Below are positions 1 through 12,671 of a DNA stretch of 33,805 nucleotides, in pieces. The stretch spans positions 196,746,763 to 196,780,567 of the forward strand of contig NC_068981.1 in the NCBI RefSeq assembly GCF_001194135.2, given 5' to 3'. Made by a program: the position numbers and the translations under genes. The stretch comes from Octopus bimaculoides (taxonomy: Eukaryota). How positions within the stretch are numbered: the first letter of the stretch is position 1; each line of letters begins with the position of its first letter. The notes below the pieces were generated by a model. The model made no database searches. It was not told the DNA's origin and saw nothing but the letters and a program-made list of their open reading frames with translations.

Positions 1-36
<36 letters not shown>

Positions 37-48
37 CACACACACACA

Positions 49-425
49 TGTATCATGGCACTCCGTCGCTTACGACGATGAGGGTTCCAGTTGATCCGAT
101 CAACGGAACAGCTTGCTCATGAAATTAACGTGCAAGTGGCTGAGCACTCCACAGACACATGTACCCTTAACGTAGTTCTCGGGGATATTCAGCGTGACAC
201 AGTGTGACAAGGCTGGCCCTTTGAAATACAGGTACAACAGAAACAGGAAGAGAGAGTGAGAGAAAGTTGTGGTGAAAGAATACAGCAGAGTTCGCTACCA
301 GTCCCTGCCGGAGCCTCGTGTTTTCTCTCAATAAACACTCACAGCGCCCGGTCTGGGAATCGAAACGGCGATCCTACGACCACGAGTCCGCTGCCCTAAC
401 CTCTAGGCCATTCCATTGCACCTCC
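49..425 (-). mobile_element. tRNA-derived SINE, family A, near full length, ending in a (TG)n(TA)n tail
   Basis: On the minus strand there is a pol III A-box-like TGGCCTAGAGG (410-400) and a B-box GTTTCGATTCCC (366-355), about 300 bp of body, then a simple-repeat tail (48-1). Body segments match the degenerate copy at 12351-12633. Confidence 0.75.
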
Positions 426-763
426 ACAATGTACACACACACACACACACACACATGCACCTACATGCACACAGGTACACAAGTGCAGACATATGCCATA
501 ATTTGTAGGACCACATAGTGGCGCTAGTGTAGCTGGGTAGGTAGTAATGGTCACTTCAACGAATGGATGTCTTGCTCTTTTGCACTGGTGAACACCGTGT
601 GTTTGCCATTGAAAAGTTTAAAGATTGTGAATCTGGTGGGTTTTTTTACTGCATCTTGTTTGTACATTCATATATACTCGTAAATATGTGTATATTTGGT
701 CCATGTTTGTATTTGTGTATGCATATGTGTATGTGTATTTGCGCGTATATACATGAACATATA

Positions 764-926
764 CGCATGTGGCTGTGTAGTAAGAAGCTTGCTTCCTAAC
801 CACATGGTTCCGGGTTCAGCCCCGTTGCGTGGTACCTTGAGCAAGTGTCTTCTACTATAGCCTTGGGCTGACCAAAAGGCGTGTGAGTGAATTTGGTAGA
901 CGGAAACTGAAAGAAACCCGTCATAT
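764..926 (+). mobile_element. SINE family B, 5' module (tRNA head plus CORE-like block)
   Basis: A-box-like TGGCTGTGTAG, B-box-like GGTTCAGCCCC and CORE-like ACCTTGAGCAAGTGTCTT. It aligns by eye with 24655-24822 and, in reverse, with 15373-15508 and 24411-24575. Confidence 0.85.
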
Positions 927-1756
927 GAGGAGTAGATAGCTAGCCGACAGCTGATGAAGGGTCGTTCTTTTGTGTTACTTGTCCTGTTTTCAATTTTTTT
1001 CTCTCGTTGTTTGCGCATTTAACTCGCTTGTTTTCGTAATTCATCTTGTTTACAGTTGGTGATGTCCTGTACATATATATGCATACATGTATAAGNNNNN
1101 NNNNNNNNNNNNNNNNNNNNNNNNNNNNNNNNNNNNNNNNNNNNNNNNNNNNNNNNNNNNNNNNNNNNNNNNNNNNNNNNNNNNNNNNNNNNNNNNNNNN
1201 NNNNNNNNNNNNNNNNNNNNNNNNNNNNNNNNNNNNNNNNNNNNNNNNNNNNNNNNNNNNNNNNNNNNNNNNNNNNNNNNNNNNNNNNNNNNNNNNNNNN
1301 NNNNNNNNNNNNNNNNNNNNNNNNNNNNNNNNNNNNNNNNNNNNNNNNNNNNNNNNNNNNNNNNNNNNNNNNNNNNNNNNNNNNNNNNNNNNNNNNNNNN
1401 NNNNNNNNNNNNNNNNNNNNNNNNNNNNNNNNNNNNNNNNNNNNNNNNNNNNNNNNNNNNNNNNNNNNNNNNNNNNNNNNNNNNNNNNNNNNNNNNNNNN
1501 NNNNNNNNNNNNNNNNNNNNNNNNNNNNNNNNNNNNNNNNNNNNNNNNNNNNNNNNNNNNNNNNNNNNNNNNNNNNNNNNNNNNNNNNNNNNNNNNNNNN
1601 NNNNNNNNNNNNNNNNNNNNNNNNNNNNNNNNNNNNNNNNNNNNNNNNNNNNNNNNNNNNNNNNNNNNNNNNNNNNNNNNNNNNNNNNNNNNNNNNNNNN
1701 NNNNNNNNNNNNNNNNNNNNNNNNNNNNNNNNNNNNNNNNNNNNNNNNNNNNNNNN

Positions 1757-1757
<1 letters not shown>

Positions 1758-1835
<78 letters not shown>

Positions 1836-2095
1836 GTGTGTGTGTGCGCGCGCGCACGTGTATGTGTGTGTGTGTGTGTATGTGTCTTTGTGTCTGTGAT
1901 TGTCCCCCCAGCATCGCTTAGCAACCGACGTTGGTGTGTTCATATCCCCGAAACTTAGCAGTTAGGCAGAAGAGGCCGACAGAATAATTACTAGGCTCAT
2001 CAAGAATAAGTCCTGGGGTCGATTTGTTCGACTAAAGGCGGTGCTCCAGCATGGCCGCGGTCAAATGACTGAAACAAGTAAAAGAATAAAATAAT
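1758..2095 (+). mobile_element. SINE family B, expanded (TA)n(TG)n linker plus 3' module
   Basis: The 3' module (TGTCCCCCCA...GGGGTCGATTTGTTCGACTAAAGGCGGTGCTCCAGCATGGCCGC...GAAACAAGTAAAAGAATAAA) is nearly identical to 4351-4570. The head is probably in the preceding gap. Confidence 0.8.
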
Positions 2096-2099
2096 ATAT

Positions 2100-2895
<796 letters not shown>

Positions 2896-3127
2896 TTTAA
2901 AACACGGTTGTAAAATGCATTCAAACAGCGTACCTGAAATTTTGATGAGCTAAACAACAGCCAGAACCGGCCCCTGTCTGTAAGAAACTAGTTTTGTCTC
3001 ACTGTAAACACCCTAAGGATTACAATATGCACAAAATTTTTTAAAGTAAAAACTGGGAAAACTACTTTCTAGAACAAAGCTTTTTAGTAATATGATCTTT
3101 GCCTTTCCTTTCTTTCCTTTCTCTGTC

Positions 3128-3210
3128 TGTGTGTAAGTGTCCTGTGTGTAAGTGTTCTGTGTGTAAGTGTTCTGTGTGTAAGTGTTCTGTATGTAAGTGT
3201 TCTGTGTGTA
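3128..3210 (+). repeat. 15-bp minisatellite (CTGTGTGTAAGTGTT), about 5.5 copies
   Basis: Direct tandem units; it explains the HLHTE and CKCSV repeat ORFs. Confidence 0.9.
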
Positions 3211-3365
3211 GAGATCCCATCACCCTCGAAGGAAACCTGGACAAATTTCTTCAAGATAATCACCTCTGCCTGACCACATCTCAGTCAACAACCATTTCCT
3301 ACTTGAATGGTCCTTGGCATCACAAAACTTGCATTTAAAATGGCTTATGAGATGCAGCACAGAAT

Positions 3366-3416
3366 TTTGTCAGTGAATAGGTCGCGGTCTCAAAGCGACG
3401 AAAATATTTTGACAAA
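3366..3416 (+). ncRNA. Putative minimal type I hammerhead-ribozyme-like fold with a variant core
   Basis: Stem TTTGTCA (3366-72)/TGACAAA (3410-16); core GTGAATA (3373-79); stem GTCGC/GCGAC (3381-85/3395-99); GAAA (3400-03); palindromic AATATT; then T. The core deviates from CUGANGA at positions 3 and 8 and has one extra G. Confidence 0.35.
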
Positions 3417-3555
3417 TTAAATTTAAATGCTGAAGTGAATCTAACGGATTTTGTGTGTTATTTTAAATGGCTTATAAACACCTTCCACGCTGCAATTGTT
3501 TTCGTTCCAGCACACGATCTCAGATCAGGTCACTTGCTATGCAAGTACATCTCCC

Positions 3556-3587
<32 letters not shown>

Positions 3588-4350
3588 AACAAAATTAAGG
3601 GATCAGCAACAGGTTACTNNNNNNNNNNNNNNNNNNNNNNNNNNNNNNNNNNNNNNNNNNNNNNNNNNNNNNNNNNNNNNNNNNNNNNNNNNNNNNNNNN
3701 NNNNNNNNNNNNNNNNNNNNNNNNNNNNNNNNNNNNNNNNNNNNNNNNNNNNNNNNNNNNNNNNNNNNNNNNNNNNNNNNNNNNNNNNNNNNNNNNNNNN
3801 NNNNNNNNNNNNNNNNNNNNNNNNNNNNNNNNNNNNNNNNNNNNNNNNNNNNNNNNNNNNNNNNNNNNNNNNNNNNNNNNNNNNNNNNNNNNNNNNNNNN
3901 NNNNNNNNNNNNNNNNNNNNNNNNNNNNNNNNNNNNNNNNNNNNNNNNNNNNNNNNNNNNNNNNNNNNNNNNNNNNNNNNNNNNNNNNNNNNNNNNNNNN
4001 NNNNNNNNNNNNNNNNNNNNNNNNNNNNNNNNNNNNNNNNNNNNNNNNNNNNNNNNNNNNNNNNNNNNNNNNNNNNNNNNNNNNNNNNNNNNNNNNNNNN
4101 NNNNNNNNNNNNNNNNNNNNNNNNNNNNNNNNNNNNNNNNNNNNNNNNNNNNNNNNNNNNNNNNNNNNNNNNNNNNNNNNNNNNNNNNNNNNNNNNNNNN
4201 NNNNNNNNNNNNNNNNNNNNNNNNNNNNNNNNNNNNNNNNNNNNNNNNNNNNNNNNNNNNNNNNNNNNNNNNNNNNNNNNNNNNNNNNNNNNNNNNNNNN
4301 NNNNNNNNNNNNNNNNNNNNATATATGTATATATATATGTGTATGTATGT

Positions 4351-4566
4351 ATGTGTTTGTGTGTCTGTGTTTGTCCCCCCAACATCGCTTGACAACCGAT
4401 GCTGGTGTGTTTATGTCCCCGTAACTTTGCGGTTCGGCAAAAGAGACCGATAGAATAAGTACTAGGCTTCTAAAGAATAAGTCCTGGGGTCGATTTGCTC
4501 GACTAAAGGCGGTGCTCCAGCATGGCCGCAGTTAAAAGACTGAAACAAGTAAAAGAGTAAAAGAGT

Positions 4567-4570
<4 letters not shown>
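4351..4570 (+). mobile_element. SINE family B, 3' module
   Basis: Close match to 1880-2095 and, in reverse, to 24246-24400; (AAAAGAGT)n-like tail; preceded by a TA/TG linker and a gap. Confidence 0.85.
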
Positions 4571-4608
<38 letters not shown>

Positions 4609-4676
4609 CACATGTACAGACATACATACATGCTTACATACATATACACATACACACACATACAGACAGACAGACA

Positions 4677-5586
4677 GACAGGATTTATGTGCGATGAAGT
4701 GATGGTGGTAGATGCATGCGGTCAGTCCAGCCTTTCAATGCCGCATTGTATCCCTCAGGCAACACTTGTTGAACAGTAAAGAAGGAAACGAGTGTATCCC
4801 ATACATAATGAAAAGTGAGAGCAACAACATCTTCAGAGTTGGAGAAGAGCTACCGCGCAGGCATTCCGAGAATACAACCATCTCAAGCGACCCAAAGGAG
4901 GCTGGACTGGCCTACATAAGCAGAAGCTTGCAGGAGAAGCAGGCATCATACCAACAAAAATCAATGCATGGGTACATATCCGGTAAGCTAGAGGGCAACA
5001 ATGGCATTGACAGGAAGAGTAGCCTTTGCTGGACCCTTGGTAGGTATATTACATCCGACTGAGAAGAATATGCCTTCACTATCGAGGAACAAGAGACAGC
5101 TACTAAATTCCTGATAAGCAAAAGGGACAAAGATACCACTAAACCTCGATGTTGTGATAGAAAATGTCGGCTCTGCTATACTAGTGTGGAAGATGTCACC
5201 CATATTATCAGTAACCGCCCCAAAATATCTGTGGATACTACCCTGAGGCATGATATAATTGCAAAGATTATTTACACTGTTATCTGCAACGACTGCCATG
5301 ATGTCTACATCAAAGGCATGTTAGAACCAGCAGTTATTCACACCTTTAAAAACAAGGACTATTGATGAAACATCCTAACAAAAACACCAATTCGGTGCAC
5401 ACATAACAGACCTGATATTGTTCTGTTGTGAGACAGTGTTCAGCTGCTCAGCAGATGTGAATATGCAATCAAAAGTCCAGATAAAAAGGGAACATTTATG
5501 GCAAATTAATGCGGAACTTACAGCCTTTGTACTTTGACTATGAATTCTTATTTCTACCCATCATTGAAGGTGTATTAGGTTATGTA
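4677..5586 (+). mobile_element. Decayed 3' part of an RLE-type non-LTR retrotransposon (R4/Dong-like)
   Basis: Manual translation across stops and frameshifts gives DRIYVR*SDGGR (RLYxxRxxGGRG motif), the CCHC knuckle CRLCYTSVEDVTHII, RHDIIAKIIY, HNRPDIVL (PD-D nuclease), ADVN..K...Y..L and FLPIIEGVLG, in the order typical of R4-clade ORFs. Confidence 0.8.
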
Positions 5587-6141
5587 CGAGGGTGAGTGAA
5601 AAAGTAATGCCATATTTGTTTAGGAGAGGTATAATTACCAACACAGGAACATGTATCATACATCAAAATGAAGCTGGTCCTCTGTGGATCACATCCCTAC
5701 TTCTCAACATAGTCACCGTTCCTCTCAATAGCAATGTTCCACCTTCGAATGAGAGCATGTATCCCTGCTCCGTAAAATTCTGTTGACTGTTCTTTGAGCC
5801 ACTTCTTCACTACAGTTTTCACTTCCTCGTCACCAGATTTAGCGCCTTCAGACTATCATCTCTTCGGCCCCATGAAAAAGGGTTTGAGAGGCAAACATTC
5901 CAGTGACGAGGAAGTGAAAACTGTTGTGAAGAAGTAGCTCAAAGAACAGAATTTTACGGGGCAGGGATACATGCTCTCATTCGAAGGTGGAACATTGCTA
6001 TTGAGAGAAACGGTGACTATGTTGAGAAGTAGGGATGTGATCCACAGAGGACCAGCTTCATTTTAACGTTTGATACATGTTCCTGTGTTGGTAATTATAC
6101 CTGTCCTAAACAAAATGGCATTACTTTTTCTCTCACCCTCG
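5587..6141. mobile_element. Non-autonomous mariner fold-back element (MITE-like) with TA TSD
   Basis: TA at 5585-86 and 6142-43; termini CGAGGGTGAG...CTCACCCTCG. Arms 5587-5833 and 5903-6141 are near-perfect inverted copies. The plus strand from about 5833 encodes PDLAPSDYHLFGPMKKGLRGKH...IHALIRRWNIAIERNGDYVEK*, the mariner C-terminus with the (YS)PDLAPxD motif. Confidence 0.92.

Positions 6142-6143
<2 letters not shown>

Positions 6144-6218
<75 letters not shown>
6144..6218 (+). repeat. (GATA)n microsatellite
   Basis: Direct reading; it starts at the right TA of the mariner element. Confidence 0.95.
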
Positions 6219-6499
6219 GCATAGACAGACAAACAGAGAGATGATATATTGCGGAAGGGCTTTACTGTGGCCTGGCATTATTCTCCCTTGCCAGCTGGTG
6301 GTTTGGTGTGATGGACATCGACCAAATGAAATGTTTAAGCAGTCACTTCAGAAGGACAGAGCCATGGAAATACAGAATAGGCGGAGAGGAAGGCGAGAAA
6401 GGGAAGCATTTCTCCTGCCAATATTCGATGTTGTTTTATTTTTACTCAATCTATTTTTGTTTTTTTCTTTTTTTTTTTTGTGAACATCATCTATCGTAA

Positions 6500-6607
6500 T
6501 CATCATCATTATCATCATCATTACCACAATCGTCATCAACATTTCTGTGTCCTCCATTGCGTCTCCCACCTCAATCAACTGCTCCCCCCACCCGACCTTC
6601 CTTGCCT

Positions 6608-6658
<51 letters not shown>

Positions 6659-6802
6659 TTTCATCGTCGTCATCATCGTTTCTATTGTTATTAATATTAT
6701 TAGATATTCAATTTTAGATATAGGAAATAATTTGCTTGGCAAGTGTACTGACTATACACATATACATATGTGCGTATATATACATGCCTATAGACATATA
6801 TT

Positions 6803-6858
<56 letters not shown>

Positions 6859-6887
6859 TACATATACATATATATACATAAATATAC

Positions 6888-6919
<32 letters not shown>

Positions 6920-7119
6920 CTATATCTATATATCTCTATATATATAGATATATATATGTATATATATTTACATATATATGTATAAATGATGCTATGTAGA
7001 TGGTGTGATATTAGCCAAAATGTCTAGCCAATTCCAACGATGTACCCAATTAACAGATTCTCTGATGTTCCTTCCCGTTTCCCACACGACAATACATATA
7101 TATCTACATAAATATTTAT

Positions 7120-7150
<31 letters not shown>

Positions 7151-7170
7151 TATATGTGGTATATATATGG

Positions 7171-7201
<31 letters not shown>

Positions 7202-7222
7202 TATATACATAGATATATACAC

Positions 7223-7258
<36 letters not shown>

Positions 7259-7296
7259 CCAATTACAATGTACGTAAATTAAGATATGTGTATATG

Positions 7297-7345
<49 letters not shown>

Positions 7346-7808
7346 GTGTGTGTGTGTATAACATATATATACACAGAGAAAGAGGAAGAGTCATATATAT
7401 ATATGTAGATACATATATTATATTTGAATGTGTCTATATATTGATAATCTATTACATATATATGCGTGTGTGTGTACGCGCGCGCGTATATATATGTGTG
7501 TGTGTGTCTCTGTGTATACACATCATCACATATTTCTGTGTATGTTTGTGTTAAACTCAGAGTTACTGTGAATTCAATCATCGACTTTATACAAAAATGC
7601 CGTACTCTTTTCTCCTTTACAGTTCACACACACACACACACACACACATATGAATATGTTTACATATATTGTGGGTTATCAGGGCTACCAACGGTTTTAG
7701 GTAAACGGAATCTCTTAATAATTATCAAGGCTGTTATATGGGGACGTTGGTAGGCATCTCCATTTTGAATATATACATATATGTATGTATGTATATATAT
7801 ATTTATAT

Positions 7809-7867
<59 letters not shown>

Positions 7868-7980
7868 CATAAACATGAGTGTCCAGCTCCATAAGCATTT
7901 ACACCAATATACACCCACTGCTGTGTGTATATACGAACCCACAATCGTCCCTGTTTTAAATGTTTCCCATTTTACATTAA
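6500..7980. repeat. Compound microsatellite region ((ATC)n, TA, CA, TG) with short unique islands
   Basis: Direct reading. Confidence 0.85.
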
Positions 7981-8270
7981 TCGCATTTGTGTCTTGATGT
8001 TCTTGTTGTTGTTGTTGCAGCCATCTTAGTTGTTTTTTTTGGGTTTGTTTTGACATCGTTTTGTATATTTGTTGTTATTGTTTATTTATTTCTTCTGTAT
8101 TTGTTTCCTTTGTAATGGAGGTGGGCGTGGGGTTGGGTGTTTATGGAGGGGATGGGGTTGGTGGCGAGGGTCTGAAATTATTCCTGAAACAAATACAGAA
8201 AAACAATAAGACTAAATCGATGAGATAAAACTAATAAGGTAAATAACAACAAAATTGTCTTTCGATAATT

Positions 8271-8273
<3 letters not shown>

Positions 8274-8342
<69 letters not shown>

Positions 8343-8853
8343 ATAGTAGTAGAGTTGATGTTGGTTATGGTGTAGTTGCGGTGGTGGTGATGGTGGTTAT
8401 GGCAGTGATGATAGAGGTGGTGGAGGGGACGATGGTTGTGGGTTGCGGTGGTAATGGAAATGGTGGTGGTGGTGGTGGTGAAGGTGGTGGTAGTGGTGAT
8501 GGTCGTGGAGTTGATAGTTGTGGTAGTGGTGGTGGTGGTGGTGGTGGTGATGTTGTGATGGTGGTGGCGTTGATAGTGGTGATTCTGGTGGTGGCGGTGG
8601 TGGTGGCTGCGGTTCTAGTAGCTGAGTTCGTTGTGGTAGCGATGGTGTTCGTGTCGCCGTTACCCACTTCCTCCCCCTCCACGCCATTTTCGCTCATTTA
8701 CCATTCCAACCATTTCAATCAGGTTCTTGTTTTGCGCAGAGTTTTCCGAGATTTATAATGTGGCTTATATTTCTTATGGCTTTGTTTTGGCGTTCGTGCT
8801 GCTGTTGATGATGATGATGATGATGATGATGATGACGATGATGATGATGATGG

Positions 8854-8886
<33 letters not shown>

Positions 8887-9310
8887 CGATGACGAAGATG
8901 ATGATGATGATGATGATGATGACGATGATGATGATGATTATGATGATGATGATGATGATGACGATGATGATGATGATGGTGATGATGATGATGATGATGA
9001 TGATGATGACGATGACGAAGATGATGATGTTGATGATGGTGATGATGATGATGATTGCGATGATGATGGTGATGATGATGATGATGATGACGACGACGAC
9101 GATGATGATGACGATCATCATCATCATCATCATCATTATGGTGATCCTAATAGTACTGGTCGAGAGTCGTGGTTGTGGTTGCGGTGGTGTTGGAGGTGTA
9201 GGTGGTGGTCGTCGTCGTCGTCGCCGCCGTCGTGATAGTGGTTGCGATGGTGGGGTGGGGGTGGTCAATGATGATGGCGAAATGTTTGTGTGTGTGTGTG
9301 TGTGTGAATG
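8274..9310. repeat. Trinucleotide repeat chain (TAG)n-(GGT)n-(GAT)n-(GTC)n
   Basis: Direct reading; it is the source of the poly-M, poly-V, poly-H and poly-P ORFs. Confidence 0.92.
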
Positions 9311-10688
9311 TGTACAAGGAGGAGAGTCTGACTGTTTTGTGGTCAATTCTGTATTTTTGCCATCAAAGCGAAGGGATTGAGGAACGAGAGAGACAGAGAG
9401 AGAGGGGGGAGAGGGATGGAGAGAGAGAGAGAGTGAGAGAGGGGGGATGGAAAAAGAGTGTGAGTGAAGACGTGTGATGGGAAACAGTGGAAGTGAGAGT
9501 GAAAGGAACAAAACGTAATTGACACACGTATACACGTATATATATATATATATATATATATATAACACACACACACACACACACANNNNNNNNNNNNNNN
9601 NNNNNNNNNNNNNNNNNNNNNNNNNNNNNNNNNNNNNNNNNNNNNNNNNNNNNNNNNNNNNNNNNNNNNNNNNNNNNNNNNNNNNNNNNNNNNNNNNNNN
9701 NNNNNNNNNNNNNNNNNNNNNNNNNNNNNNNNNNNNNNNNNNNNNNNNNNNNNNNNNNNNNNNNNNNNNNNNNNNNNNNNNNNNNNNNNNNNNNNNNNNN
9801 NNNNNNNNNNNNNNNNNNNNNNNNNNNNNNNNNNNNNNNNNNNNNNNNNNNNNNNNNNNNNNNNNNNNNNNNNNNNNNNNNNNNNNNNNNNNNNNNNNNN
9901 NNNNNNNNNNNNNNNNNNNNNNNNNNNNNNNNNNNNNNNNNNNNNNNNNNNNNNNNNNNNNNNNNNNNNNNNNNNNNNNNNNNNNNNNNNNNNNNNNNNN
10001 NNNNNNNNNNNNNNNNNNNNNNNNNNNNNNNNNNNNNNNNNNNNNNNNNNNNNNNNNNNNNNNNNNNNNNNNNNNNNNNNNNNNNNNNNNNNNNNNNNNN
10101 NNNNNNNNNNNNNNNNNNNNNNNNNNNNNNNNNNNNNNNNNNNNNNNNNNNNNNNNNNNNNNNNNNNNNNNNNNNNNNNNNNNNNNNNNNNNNNNNNNNN
10201 NNNNNNNNNNNNNNNNNNNNNNNNNNNNNNNNNNNNNNNNNNNNNNNNNNNNNNNNNNNNNNNNNNNNNNNNNNNNNNNNNNNNNNNNNNNNNNNNNNNN
10301 NNNNNNNNNNNNNNNNNNNNNNNNNNNNNNCAACTATCACCAATACCACCACCAACACCACCACCCCCACCACTGCCATCAGCTCCATCTCCCTTAATGT
10401 ACCCTAACTACTGCCCCCCCCCTCCACCAAAAAAAACACTTTGTAACATCCACCAACACACTTCAACTCCGCCACAACCAATACATCATTACCACAATCC
10501 CGTGACCATCCCTTCTGAGTAGCCTTCAGACACCACCAAGCCAACTACAACCAAAGCAACCAACCCCCACCCCCGTCACATCTTCGAACATCCCAGCTTT
10601 AAACCCTTTCTAACTTTGATGGAAAATCTCGGCTTTTGTCGAGCACAGACACACTTACACACAATCACACACAATCACACATTTATAC

Positions 10689-10733
<45 letters not shown>

Positions 10734-11202
10734 TGTGTGTGTATGTGTGTGCGTGTGAGAGTGTATGAACGAAAAGTTTTAAGTGTATATGCTTTACATT
10801 GTCCGCGTGTGAGACTGTATACAGATGTGTCCAAATAAATGTCTGCGCAGTGTGCGTGTGTGTATGCGTGTGCGTATGTGTGTCGTGTGCGCGCGCGTGT
10901 GTGTGTGTGTGGTTTGGTTATTCCGCTGCCATAACACTGAAATGTCCTTTCCTCTATCATTTCATCAACATTACAAGAAAAATCCAGCATCTCATTTACC
11001 ATTGATTGAATACGTGTGTGTGTATGTATATATTCCAAGGCACACACGCGTATATATGCATATATACATATATACACACATACATATATAAACACATATA
11101 TGTAAGGAAACATACACACTATACGTATATATGTATACGTATATATAAGTACTACTTATATCTACATACATATATACATACACACATACATACATATATG
11201 TA

Positions 11203-11256
<54 letters not shown>

Positions 11257-12350
11257 NNNNNNNNNNNNNNNNNNNNNNNNNNNNNNNNNNNNNNNNNNNN
11301 NNNNNNNNNNNNNNNNNNNNNNNNNNNNNNNNNNNNNNNNNNNNNNNNNNNNNNNNNNNNNNNNNNNNNNNNNNNNNNNNNNNNNNNNNNNNNNNNNNNN
11401 NNNNNNNNNNNNNNNNNNNNNNNNNNNNNNNNNNNNNNNNNNNNNNNNNNNNNNNNNNNNNNNNNNNNNNNNNNNNNNNNNNNNNNNNNNNNNNNNNNNN
11501 NNNNNNNNNNNNNNNNNNNNNNNNNNNNNNNNNNNNNNNNNNNNNNNNNNNNNNNNNNNNNNNNNNNNNNNNNNNNNNNNNNNNNNNNNNNNNNNNNNNN
11601 NNNNNNNNNNNNNNNNNNNNNNNNNNNNNNNNNNNNNNNNNNNNNNNNNNNNNNNNNNNNNNNNNNNNNNNNNNNNNNNNNNNNNNNNNNNNNNNNNNNN
11701 NNNNNNNNNNNNNNNNNNNNNNNNNNNNNNNNNNNNNNNNNNNNNNNNNNNNNNNNNNNNNNNNNNNNNNNNNNNNNNNNNNNNNNNNNNNNNNNNNNNN
11801 NNNNNNNNNNNNNNNNNNNNNNNNNNNNNNNNNNNNNNNNNNNNNNNNNNNNNNNNNNNNNNNNNNNNNNNNNNNNNNNNNNNNNNNNTATATATATATA
11901 TATAAACACATATATATATATATATATATATAAACACATATATATATATATATGATATATATATAGTCACATATACATAAATACGTATGTATTCAGATAT
12001 ATAAATTTTATATAGAAATAAATACACGCTTAAGTATTGTATGTAAGTATTTTCGTATTTGGTATGCATATATATCAGCGTATGTCTATATATGTCTAGA
12101 TGTAGATATGGGTGTATATGCTACTAACAATAACAGCATCATCGGAAATTATACGTACATGAATGTGATACATCCCACTTTCCAGCCAAAAGGTCTGAGG
12201 CATATATACATATATACATCTATATAATGGGAGGGGGTGTCCATATTTATATTCATAGGTCCATGTTTATAATGCATATACATACATGTGTATGTATGTA
12301 TGTATGTATGTATGTATGTATGTATGTATGTATGTATGTACGTATGTGTG

Positions 12351-12633
12351 AAGGCGTGGCTCAGTGGCTAGGGTAGACGGCTTAATGTGATGATGACGCG
12401 TGCGTTCGATTCCTGGCGTCGCGTTTCATCCTTGAGTAAAGCCTTTTATCTTACGTTGTTCCAGTCCCAATTAGTTGGCAACAATGATTTGTCGGTTTTA
12501 TTGAAGGGCCCAGCTCTGCTGCATTCTCTGCGACACTGAATGTCCCTGAGAACCATTCTCTTCACAACCAATTCCAACTTATCTGTATCATGAGATTGTT
12601 GCCCTCGAAGACCTCGGAGACGGACGGTGCCAG
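12351..12633 (+). mobile_element. Degenerate tRNA-derived SINE related to family A
   Basis: A-box TGGCTCAGTGG (12358-68) and B-box GTTCGATTCC (12404-13). Downstream blocks (ACTGAATGTCCCTGAGAAC and GACGGACGGTGCCA) match the reverse complement of 49-230. Confidence 0.65.
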
Positions 12634-12671
12634 AACCAAGTTGCATGATGGGTAGGCTACTGCTAACCAGC

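Noticed and set aside
345-425. tRNA genes (also at 12351, 13448, 23979 and 24655)
   Set aside because: A and B boxes are present, but I could not fold a full cloverleaf and each continues into a repeated SINE body; these are SINE heads.
951-990. CTGATGA hammerhead core
   Set aside because: No stem II or GAAA follows at a suitable distance.
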